A program made the translations under genes and the position numbers. The notes under the pieces are model-generated. The model was given only the letters and a program-made list of their open reading frames with translations. It searched no databases and was not told where the DNA came from. Positions 56,283 through 64,000 of a stretch of 64,000 nt of DNA are shown piece after piece. Within the stretch, counting starts at the first letter, position 1; each line of letters begins with the position of its first letter. The stretch lies in the IMG/VR virus record IMGVR_UViG_3300020473_000010, positions 62,001 to 126,000 of that record. One strand, 5' to 3'.

Positions 56283-56665
56283 TATTTTCCCTTTGAATCA
56301 ATTGATGTATTGTAGTTAGCTGAAGGTGGAACTAATCTTGTTGGAGTGTCTGGGCCCATGATTTCGGGATCATTAAATTCTGAATGATTTTTGTTGATAT
56401 AGTTTTGCCAAGCACCTATATAAGCCGCAGCATCTAGTAAATTATCTTCTTTGTGATTATATGATTGCCTACTAAATTTTAGTGCAATTAAAGCAGCAAA
56501 CATATCATGGGCCGTTAATTCTTTGCCGGTCATTCCTGAACAGATAGCAGCGGCTCTTTCCATTCCTTCGCCGAATGGACCATATTGACGTGCCTTTTCT
56601 TCAGATCTGTGGTTGACGATCTCGTCTGCAAGAGCGAGAATATTACGGTTGAGTTGGTCGCTCAT
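56282..56665 (-). CDS. DUF6378-like (dNTP diphosphohydrolase-associated) protein
   Basis: RQYGPF, LKFSR, KEDNLLDAAAYI; likely start 56665. Confidence 0.65.
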   Translation of the reverse strand: MSDQLNRNILALADEIVNHRSEEKARQYGPFGEGMERAAAICSGMTGKELTAHDMFAALIALKFSRQSYNHKEDNLLDAAAYIGAWQNYINKNHSEFNDPEIMGPDTPTRLVPPSANYNTSIDSKGK

Positions 56666-57524
56666 ATATAATCTCCTTAATTTCGTTTGTATGTTGATTG
56701 ATTTCTTCTTTAGATAATTCACGACAAGGCATAGCAATCCTGGGAATACTAGCCGTTGTTATTGTACTTGCAAGTTTCCATTTGTTCAATTCTGGCCATC
56801 CATCTACAAAAACTTTTGCATGATAATTGTTTAAAATTTTATCCATCATTGACCAATGTGTTTCATATATGTGAAATGAACCAGCTGTATGATAATACTC
56901 TCCTAAATCTAATTTTTGGTTCTCTGGAAAAGCTTGGTTTAAGTCATTAAGCATCAACTGCTGGAACATGCAAAACGTAAATACATCATTGCAAAAACCA
57001 AATATTGCATCGTTACTTCGCATATTAACTCCCATGTACAAACAATTATTCCTAATAAAGAAATGAATATATTGAGTACATGGATAGTCGGCTTTATTTT
57101 TGCCTTTATGATATGGCTGATTGATGACCAGAGTAGCTCTTCTAGAATCTCTATCTTTAATCAATTCATTTCTGCACCAATTCCATTGTTCGCCTAAAAG
57201 GTACATTCCATAATTACTTTCGACATGACCAGTAGCATCCGATATCTTATTCCATATGCTAGCTAATTTTCCTATATTGGTTGAACTAGGATCGCGACTA
57301 AGGTACCATAGCCATTCAGCTACGGCATAATCCGGATTGAATCTTCTAGCTCTAGGTTCAATTGAAAGCGCAGTTGGGTCTTTTATAGTCATTGAATAAA
57401 ACAATAATTCACGTTGTTTGCTCCCTCGAGAATTAACTTGTTTTCCGCGAATTTTAAGATTATATAAAGACTCAACAAATGCTTCGTTTAAATCTTTATA
57501 ATAATTTTTAGCTACAATATTCAT
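56643..57524 (-). CDS. Thymidylate-synthase-family enzyme, T4 gp42-like (dCMP hydroxymethylase/methylase candidate)
   Basis: DSRRA, YPCT, MRSNDAIFGFCNDV, GSFHIYETH. Confidence 0.8.
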   Translation of the reverse strand: MNIVAKNYYKDLNEAFVESLYNLKIRGKQVNSRGSKQRELLFYSMTIKDPTALSIEPRARRFNPDYAVAEWLWYLSRDPSSTNIGKLASIWNKISDATGHVESNYGMYLLGEQWNWCRNELIKDRDSRRATLVINQPYHKGKNKADYPCTQYIHFFIRNNCLYMGVNMRSNDAIFGFCNDVFTFCMFQQLMLNDLNQAFPENQKLDLGEYYHTAGSFHIYETHWSMMDKILNNYHAKVFVDGWPELNKWKLASTITTASIPRIAMPCRELSKEEINQHTNEIKEIIYERPTQP

Positions 57525-57577
57525 AAAAACTCCCTACCTTTGTATATAATACAGGTTTTTTTACATATGAACAAAAA

Positions 57578-60500
57578 TTAATCTGTGAATATTTCAAACC
57601 TACTCCATCTTGTACTTTTTCCGAATGGATTTTCCGATACTTCAGCAACACACACACTATATGGTTCAATTTGTGTTCTTCCATCCCAGGACCAAATATT
57701 CATCCACTCTTGTTTTCCATTTGCACCCATGATTTTGCAACGAAGATATTTTTTATTTGTCTTTGTTGTTCGAACTTGGGTTGATATCATAATAAACCAG
57801 TAAAAATATTTACCAGAATATTCATCAATTGGTAACCATCCTTCTTGGCGGAACCTTGTAAGATATCTTGGAGGAACAACTTTTTCAACTGCGACAGACC
57901 CCAACAAATCCATATCGTTTTTGATGATTTCTTTTCTAGTCCATGGATCGCAATCGGCGTTTTCTTCAATTGCGGCTTTTAAAATATCTTGGCCTTCTCT
58001 AGGATTGCGTTTTAGAGATTTCCTCAACTTCATCCAATTTGGAATTATAGAATCATACACATGTTTATAATTGTCGAATAATTTTCCATGGCCTACCATA
58101 TCCATTGATTCTAAAGCCTGAATCCTGATTAAGCTTTCTACAGATCGCTTATTAAATTTACTTAACTTCCATGTACCATCTTCGTTCCAAAACATGTTCC
58201 ATACATCTGTATACGGTCTATTTTCCATAATTTCATCAATAGCAGTGTCGCCAATACCTTTACAAGACCTAAATGATGGCATGAATTTTTTGCCTTCTAA
58301 AATTGTCCAGCTTTTTTCTGCATAGTTTATATCGATAGGTACAATTTCATAACCAAGCGTTTGAACTTCAGCAAAAGCCTTACCTCTTTTGTCTGGATTT
58401 CCTTCCATGGATTCCAGATACGCACATAGCCATTCTTCCTCGTAATACGTCATTAACCAGGCACAATAATAAGAATCTATAGCATATGCTACTGCATGAG
58501 ATTTATTAAACCCGTAAGCAGCAAACAACATAATATCATCAAAAAGCTTATTTGCAATATGAGGACGAACACCATTTTCAATACATCCACCGACAAAGCG
58601 TTCTTCAAGGGCTTTTGCTTTAGCTAAAGCATCTTTTGAAGATCCTTGAGGTTTCATCATTTTTCTTACGGCATTACATTCATTTTTTGGAATTCCAGCA
58701 ACTCTATTTGCTAACTCCATAACTTGTTCTTGAAAAATAATACAGCCATAAGTTTCTTGCAAAATTTCTTCAATAAGATGATGTCCATATTGGGCTTCAT
58801 AATCTTTTTTATTTCTAAGATACAATCTATCAACATTAGCACCTAAAGGACCTGGACGATAAATTGATGTCAGAGTAGCAATATCAACAATAGATGTTGG
58901 CTGGGCTTTTTTAAATAATTGCTGGGCTCCGGCTTGGGTACACTGAAATATTCCTGCCCATTTACCTTGATGGTAAACGTTTTTATACACATTTTGGTCA
59001 TTAAAATCAATTACATCTGTACCCATGTTTTTATCAAACCAGTGTTTTATTTGGCTAAAAGAAACCTCTTTATATCCCTTTTGGCGTCTTAATATAAGCT
59101 CGATTGTTCTCTCTATAATCCTTAAAGTTTCTAAACCCAGAAGATCAAATTTAACCCAACCAAAGTTTTCTAAATGTTTATACGAAGCTCCTTCTACCCA
59201 AGGTGTTTGAAGTTCACCTCTTGCAAGAATTAATGGCATTCTTTCTGCAATATTTTCTGAAACAATAACGCCGCCAGCGTGGCGTCCAAGCGCTTTGTTT
59301 TGTTTGAACAATACATCAATTGGCTCAGCAATCTCTGGGTGATCAGAAATAAGCTTCATGAACTTGTGACTATATTTTAATGCCCATTCTAAAGTTGGCT
59401 CTATTGGGCCGTTAATTTCTACCCCATCAGATCGCAGCCCATTTTTTACATCAACATCTAGTGTGCTCAATGCTTTGTTAACTTCTTTGAATTCAATTCC
59501 ATAAAATCTAGAAATATCTTTCACTAGGGATTTGAGTTTGAATGTATTGTAATTTGAAATTGGAATGATATTTTCATTACCAAATTTATTTCTCATTAAT
59601 TCTAAAAGTTTATCGCGATCACCGATATCAGTATCAATATCTGGCATGTCTTTTCTGTCTGGTGAAAGAAACCTTTCGAATAAAAGACCATATTTTAGTG
59701 GGTCAACATCGGTTATGCCTAGCACATAGTTAACTAAAGAGCCTGCACCAGAACCGCGACCTGGGCCTACGAACATATGCTTTCTAGCTAAGTCTATAAT
59801 TGCTTTTGTTGTTAAAAAATATTCAGAAAACTTCTTGTTTTTAATAATTCTTAATTCGTATTTTAGTTGGTCAATATATTCCCGTGTTGTTAAGCCTTTT
59901 TTGACCAAGCCTTTTTTGCATTCTTCAATTAGTGCTTGATCTGCAGTTTTGTTTTTGGGAATTACATAAGATGGGAGTTTTTGAGAGCAATCAGGCTGAA
60001 TATCTCCAATCATTTCATGTGCTATATCATGTGTTCTTTCAACTGCTTCACAAATTATTTCGTCATTATAAAAATCCATGCCACCGGTAGTGCTTTTATA
60101 GCTTTCCCAAACCTGTTCTGCGTTTTTAGGATATAATTCACACTTTAAATCTTCACGAGTCTTGGGAAGGCTATCCGGATTAAAGGTTTTATGATTCATC
60201 CATCCTAATTTTTTATAAAGCTCTCTTTCTTTCCAGTGTTCAGGCCGAGAATAGTGTGAATCGCAAGTAACAATTAATTTGTCTTGAAGACTGTTTTGGT
60301 TTGCAAATTCAATCAATGCTCGATTAACCAAATGCTGGGCTGGAAGTTTATTAAATTGTAATTCTAGCATTACAGCATCATTTCCGACTGAATTAGTCAA
60401 ATGATCATAAGAATTTCCAATATTTGTTAAAATTCTTTTCAATAAAGCATCATTGTCTAAAAGACTGGGTTTGAGTTCATCAAATTCAATACCTTGAACT

Positions 60501-61165
60501 TGTCGAAAAACTTCATAAGCCATAGGTCCACCGATACACGCGGTGCTGACCATTAAATGGCCGCCTTTCGATGCTTCTTTGATCATTTTATAATCTACTC
60601 TAGGAAACCTATAAAATCCTTCAGAATACCCTCGGGAGATAAGATGAAAAAGACGTTGGAGGCCAATAGAAGTTCTTGGCAGTACTACTAAGTGATGTCG
60701 GCGTTTAATTGGATCAAAAAATTTACCGCTTTTGGATTCTTCTTCGTTTTCAACAGTAAGTCCAACCTCATCTTTTGCTACTTCTACTATTTCATCATCC
60801 CCGTCTGTTATTGCCCATAGGGGAGATACGATTTCCGACTTAAGCCTTTCAAGCCTTTCAATTTCTGTTTGGTTACCTTTTTTCTTCGCACGAGAAAGGT
60901 CATATTCTATTTGCCAAACATTTAAATCTGGATGAACATACATTTCGCAGCCAGGAATAAATTTAAAATCGACTCCTGCCTTCTTTATTTTTTCTGCATG
61001 TAAATAAGCATGGGCAAAACTGTTCATATGTCCATGGTTTGTTAAAGCAAAAGCATTCATGCCATTTTCGACTACAAAATTAATGTGGTCTTGAGGATAA
61101 TCTAGTCCATCAAAGGTGGAAAATCCATCATGAGCATGAAGGCCTACAAATTTGGTTGGTTTCAT
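57578..61165 (-). CDS. dnaE: DNA polymerase III alpha subunit
   Basis: PHP HAH/TNHG/CE/DSHY, GRGSGAGS, PDIDTD, RHAGG, KFDLLGL, YGFNKSHA. Confidence 0.95.
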   Translation of the reverse strand: MKPTKFVGLHAHDGFSTFDGLDYPQDHINFVVENGMNAFALTNHGHMNSFAHAYLHAEKIKKAGVDFKFIPGCEMYVHPDLNVWQIEYDLSRAKKKGNQTEIERLERLKSEIVSPLWAITDGDDEIVEVAKDEVGLTVENEEESKSGKFFDPIKRRHHLVVLPRTSIGLQRLFHLISRGYSEGFYRFPRVDYKMIKEASKGGHLMVSTACIGGPMAYEVFRQVQGIEFDELKPSLLDNDALLKRILTNIGNSYDHLTNSVGNDAVMLELQFNKLPAQHLVNRALIEFANQNSLQDKLIVTCDSHYSRPEHWKERELYKKLGWMNHKTFNPDSLPKTREDLKCELYPKNAEQVWESYKSTTGGMDFYNDEIICEAVERTHDIAHEMIGDIQPDCSQKLPSYVIPKNKTADQALIEECKKGLVKKGLTTREYIDQLKYELRIIKNKKFSEYFLTTKAIIDLARKHMFVGPGRGSGAGSLVNYVLGITDVDPLKYGLLFERFLSPDRKDMPDIDTDIGDRDKLLELMRNKFGNENIIPISNYNTFKLKSLVKDISRFYGIEFKEVNKALSTLDVDVKNGLRSDGVEINGPIEPTLEWALKYSHKFMKLISDHPEIAEPIDVLFKQNKALGRHAGGVIVSENIAERMPLILARGELQTPWVEGASYKHLENFGWVKFDLLGLETLRIIERTIELILRRQKGYKEVSFSQIKHWFDKNMGTDVIDFNDQNVYKNVYHQGKWAGIFQCTQAGAQQLFKKAQPTSIVDIATLTSIYRPGPLGANVDRLYLRNKKDYEAQYGHHLIEEILQETYGCIIFQEQVMELANRVAGIPKNECNAVRKMMKPQGSSKDALAKAKALEERFVGGCIENGVRPHIANKLFDDIMLFAAYGFNKSHAVAYAIDSYYCAWLMTYYEEEWLCAYLESMEGNPDKRGKAFAEVQTLGYEIVPIDINYAEKSWTILEGKKFMPSFRSCKGIGDTAIDEIMENRPYTDVWNMFWNEDGTWKLSKFNKRSVESLIRIQALESMDMVGHGKLFDNYKHVYDSIIPNWMKLRKSLKRNPREGQDILKAAIEENADCDPWTRKEIIKNDMDLLGSVAVEKVVPPRYLTRFRQEGWLPIDEYSGKYFYWFIMISTQVRTTKTNKKYLRCKIMGANGKQEWMNIWSWDGRTQIEPYSVCVAEVSENPFGKSTRWSRFEIFTD

Positions 61166-61195
61166 AGGTTCTCCTTAGTGTTTTTATACAAAGAT

Positions 61196-61224
61196 ATTTT
61201 ACTCTGTTTCTCTGCGTTTTACAA
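61196..61224 (-). promoter_or_regulatory. Promoter TTGTAA-N17-TAAAAT upstream of dnaE
   Basis: 17-bp spacer; AAGGAG RBS follows. Confidence 0.6.
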
Positions 61225-61366
61225 GCGTTGTATACAGAAAGCAAGCATAAGTTAATCCAACCATGGTGAATACCATAGGAGCTGCTTTGATTGCTTTTTT
61301 TATTTTAACCCTTATTCCAGGGCTGGATGATGTAAATCCATTATCGGATTCCCAAGGCTGTGACAT
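61199..61366 (-). CDS. Small membrane protein (55 aa, below track cutoff)
   Basis: GGAGG RBS; MSQPWES...VFTMVGLTYACFLYTTLVKRRETE. Confidence 0.65.
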   Translation of the reverse strand: MSQPWESDNGFTSSSPGIRVKIKKAIKAAPMVFTMVGLTYACFLYTTLVKRRETE

Positions 61367-61399
61367 GTTTACCTCCGTAAAAATTTATTCTATATATAG

Positions 61400-61428
61400 A
61401 ATTTAACACATTTCGTATATGTCTACAC
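61400..61428 (-). promoter_or_regulatory. Promoter GTGTAG-N17-TAAATT
   Basis: 17-bp spacer upstream of 61366; shares AAATGTG with the sigma-gene promoter. Confidence 0.5.
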
Positions 61429-61433
61429 AGGTT

Positions 61434-62159
61434 TTACAATTCTAAATTAACAATTTCTTTAATTAAAACCGCTCTTGGGGGAACTGGAATTTTTTGTTGG
61501 TGCAAACATAGGATTAATATATTAACCCGGTCTTCGAGGTTTTCCCAACTATTTCCCCAGTTCCATGAAACTGAATTTTGAATTTCGTTAATTTGTTTTG
61601 CGTCTTTTTCATATAGTCTGTTTAATTTATCTAATTGTTTTCTAGATGATAATTTATCCGTAAATTTATTTAACATGATTCCTAAAAACAATATTTCATC
61701 CCAATCGGTGTTTTTGTAGGATATCATTGCTCCATCTAAAATCTGTTTTCTTAAAAATTGTTCCTCTATAGATAATTTGAGAGAATCTATTTTATCCGGA
61801 TGACAATGTTTCATAATTTCTCTCCAGATTTCTTTGGCCCAGGCTGGGATTTCTTCTTTTTCTATATTTGGAATATCTAAATTATTTATAGGCCCTGAAT
61901 GTTCTTTGGTGTTTTTAGATTCAGTATAAATTTCTTCACGTTGATTTGAAACAACAATTTCTTGTTGGTTATTATTAATAGCTTCTCTTTTTTCTTGGTT
62001 TAAAGGTTTGTTAGAATTTAAAAATGAATTTATTAATTCCTGTAGCTCTAAAGCATATTCGGAATTTAATAAATTCATTTCTTTTGCCATGGATCGAGTA
62101 TTTTTCACCATTCTAGCGGAAGAAACTAGTCGTTTTTTTGATACTCGAGATAATCCCAC
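61434..62159 (-). CDS. Protein with J-domain-like HPD segment
   Basis: EIWREIMKHCHPDK; GTG start. Confidence 0.6.
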   Translation of the reverse strand: MGLSRVSKKRLVSSARMVKNTRSMAKEMNLLNSEYALELQELINSFLNSNKPLNQEKREAINNNQQEIVVSNQREEIYTESKNTKEHSGPINNLDIPNIEKEEIPAWAKEIWREIMKHCHPDKIDSLKLSIEEQFLRKQILDGAMISYKNTDWDEILFLGIMLNKFTDKLSSRKQLDKLNRLYEKDAKQINEIQNSVSWNWGNSWENLEDRVNILILCLHQQKIPVPPRAVLIKEIVNLEL

Positions 62160-62169
62160 ATTTTATCTC

Positions 62170-62403
62170 CTAATCAAACAACGTTTGTTTTTTAGAAGAT
62201 TGTTGTTCTTGAAGCTCTACAAGCATCTTTTGTAAATTAGTCTCAAATTGACTGGAATATTCCGGAGAGATTTCAATATTTCCATCTTGTACAACAAACT
62301 GAATTTGCCTAAGATGGTCGACGATATCTGTTCCAGTTAAAATAGCTACCTGAAGACATTTTGCGATTTGGGCGATTGTTTGATCTGTAAATTTTGAATT
62401 CAT
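62170..62403 (-). CDS. Small conserved hypothetical protein
   Basis: 77 aa ORF. Confidence 0.7.
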   Translation of the reverse strand: MNSKFTDQTIAQIAKCLQVAILTGTDIVDHLRQIQFVVQDGNIEISPEYSSQFETNLQKMLVELQEQQSSKKQTLFD

Positions 62404-62409
62404 AATATT

Positions 62410-62754
62410 TTACTCCACTTTTTCTGATTTAGCTAACAAGGGATATCCTTGCGATCTAAAGAACTTTACCACGTTAGATGATTTTGTATCCGCAATTTCT
62501 TTAGAATATGGTCCTCCAGCGATTCCTTTTCCTTTTTTGTGTACTGACATCATGATTGTTGTTGCTGATTCTATTGAATGATGAAAAAAATGACACAATG
62601 AAATTGTAACTAAATCCATAGGTGTATAATCATCATTATAATAAATAACCTGATATTTAGAAGGTGGCTGTATTTTATTTTTAGACTTTTCTCGATCTAA
62701 TAAATCAACACCGGCTCCTGAATTGTTTTTTGTATCTTTCTTTTTTTGAGGCAT
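62410..62754 (-). CDS. clpS: Clp protease adaptor ClpS
   Basis: PPSKYQVIYYNDDYTPMDLV, MMSVHKKGKG, EIADTK, YPL; likely start 62754. Confidence 0.9.
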   Translation of the reverse strand: MPQKKKDTKNNSGAGVDLLDREKSKNKIQPPSKYQVIYYNDDYTPMDLVTISLCHFFHHSIESATTIMMSVHKKGKGIAGGPYSKEIADTKSSNVVKFFRSQGYPLLAKSEKVE

Positions 62755-62759
62755 ATATT

Positions 62760-62969
62760 TTAAACGTCTTGATTGAAACAATGCACAACGGCATCTCTAT
62801 AGAACAAGACTTTTTCTCCTTCTTTGGGGCTACAAAGGGAAGTTTCTTGTAAAATAATCATTGTTTCGACTGTATTCCCTAAGGTAAATTCAACGATTAT
62901 TTTATCACCAACAACATCATCGACTGTTCCTAGCATAAGCAAACCAGCTATCATCATTTCATTAATCAT
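62760..62969 (-). CDS. Small OB-like hypothetical protein
   Basis: GTVDDVVGD...VEF...C.PKEGEKV. Confidence 0.6.
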   Translation of the reverse strand: MINEMMIAGLLMLGTVDDVVGDKIIVEFTLGNTVETMIILQETSLCSPKEGEKVLFYRDAVVHCFNQDV

Positions 62970-63742
62970 TATTTCTGAACCTTTGGTACCCAGTATGTTG
63001 ATCTTTTATCATTTGTTTCTTCTTTTATTACTTCGTTTCCATCCGGATCTTCTTGTTTTCCATATATAAGAAACTTTGAAGGGCTGTCAGCATAAGTTTC
63101 GTTAACTTGATATGATTCTTTCATTACTTGCTTAATTGATCTATTAAGTACTGCTAATTCTCCATCTGATAAATCCCCAACATGGCGGTGAGGTGAAATT
63201 TGGGCTAGCCATAAAGAATCAGCTTTTATATAATTCCCTATTCCAGAAACTATGGATTGATCCATTAAAGCCTTGGTAATACCCCATGAGTCTTTATTTC
63301 GTAATCTTGCTATAAAATCTTTGTCCGATAAATCTTCTGAAAGCATATCAGGACCTAAAGATTTTAGCTTATTTATCATGTTGTGTTTACCGCGGACAAA
63401 TTTCAAAGTACCAAAATTACGTTGGTCATTAAAAAATACTTTGGTTTTATCTGATAAAACAAATTTTATTCTAGAATGGTTCGTTTGAGAGTTTGACCAA
63501 AAACCTGTCATGCCAAACGTAGAATATATAAATGTTTCTTTTTCACAAATCCAGTAACAAAATTTTCCATGGACTCCAGGTCCAATGATTTTTAACGGCA
63601 ATTGTTTAAGAAAATCCTCATATCCTGAAGGGGATTTCTTACTGTATCTTCCAGAAAGTATTTCTATAGAAATTATTGTTTTTCCGGAAATTTGAGAAGC
63701 TAATTGTTCTCCGTTTCTTTTAACCTCTGGTCCTTCTGGCAT
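62969..63742 (-). CDS. Fpg/Nei DNA glycosylase (no Zn finger)
   Basis: MPEGPEV, HGKF, FGMTG, FNDQRNFG, LGPD, GIGNYI; C-terminal Cys4 absent. Confidence 0.9.
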   Translation of the reverse strand: MPEGPEVKRNGEQLASQISGKTIISIEILSGRYSKKSPSGYEDFLKQLPLKIIGPGVHGKFCYWICEKETFIYSTFGMTGFWSNSQTNHSRIKFVLSDKTKVFFNDQRNFGTLKFVRGKHNMINKLKSLGPDMLSEDLSDKDFIARLRNKDSWGITKALMDQSIVSGIGNYIKADSLWLAQISPHRHVGDLSDGELAVLNRSIKQVMKESYQVNETYADSPSKFLIYGKQEDPDGNEVIKEETNDKRSTYWVPKVQK

Positions 63743-63768
63743 GATTTCTCCGAGTTGCTATTATTTAA

Positions 63769-63797
63769 ATTATAATGAAAAATATCTAAATTTACAA
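63769..63797 (-). promoter_or_regulatory. Promoter TTGTAA-N17-TATAAT
   Basis: Exact 17-bp spacer upstream of GGAG RBS and ATG 63742. Confidence 0.7.
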
Positions 63798-64000
63798 CTA
63801 GTTTTTTCAAATCAAAAGAGGGTTTCTAACCCCTTTTCATTTCCACGATATTTGCACCCTTAAAGTGCCCTTCTATAATTATGGAAGTCCAGAGAACCCT
63901 ACAAATTTGAAATTTATATCATTTTTAAAAGACCAAGCGCAATTCCCATTGCGAACTGTACAACCATAAATATGGTAACCGCTTTGGTTTTAAACATTTT

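Noticed and set aside
56643-57524. Canonical thyA call
   Set aside because: Asp rather than Asn at the specificity position and gp42-like context; the symbol was withheld
57578-61165. Intein or intron in dnaE
   Set aside because: Continuous ORF of normal length; no C...HN/LAGLIDADG signatures; only a short PHP-domain insertion

Overview
AT-rich, densely coding, mostly minus-strand segment that reads as part of a large (jumbo) tailed-phage genome. This is inferred from DnaE, a sigma70, GroEL/DnaJ, T4 gp42-like and nucleotide enzymes, three tRNAs, many small ORFs and no ribosomal operons. No capsid or terminase gene is in view. Host-like lipoproteins with MYXO-CTERM-like tails suggest a Myxococcota-like host (inference). 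Headline observation: an ORF missing from the supplied track (26218-26556, minus, 112 codons) reads through one in-frame TGA at codon 42, in the context H-T-[TGA]-L-T-H. A bacterial SECIS-like hairpin follows immediately, making it a candidate phage-encoded selenoprotein. It also carries a leader shared with about 25 other proteins that resembles a capsid-targeting / prohead-protease-cleaved propeptide. Other highlights are a sigma70 split into two genes with ten non-canonical KTGYAR-N17-TAHAWT promoters, an Ntn hydrolase whose nucleophile follows an L-x-E site, a dispersed RNA end-healing/sealing kit, a dCMP-specific thymidylate-synthase homologue locus, a QueF lacking its catalytic Cys, and a tRNA-bounded lipoprotein island. 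All family calls come from motifs read by eye; no database searches were run.
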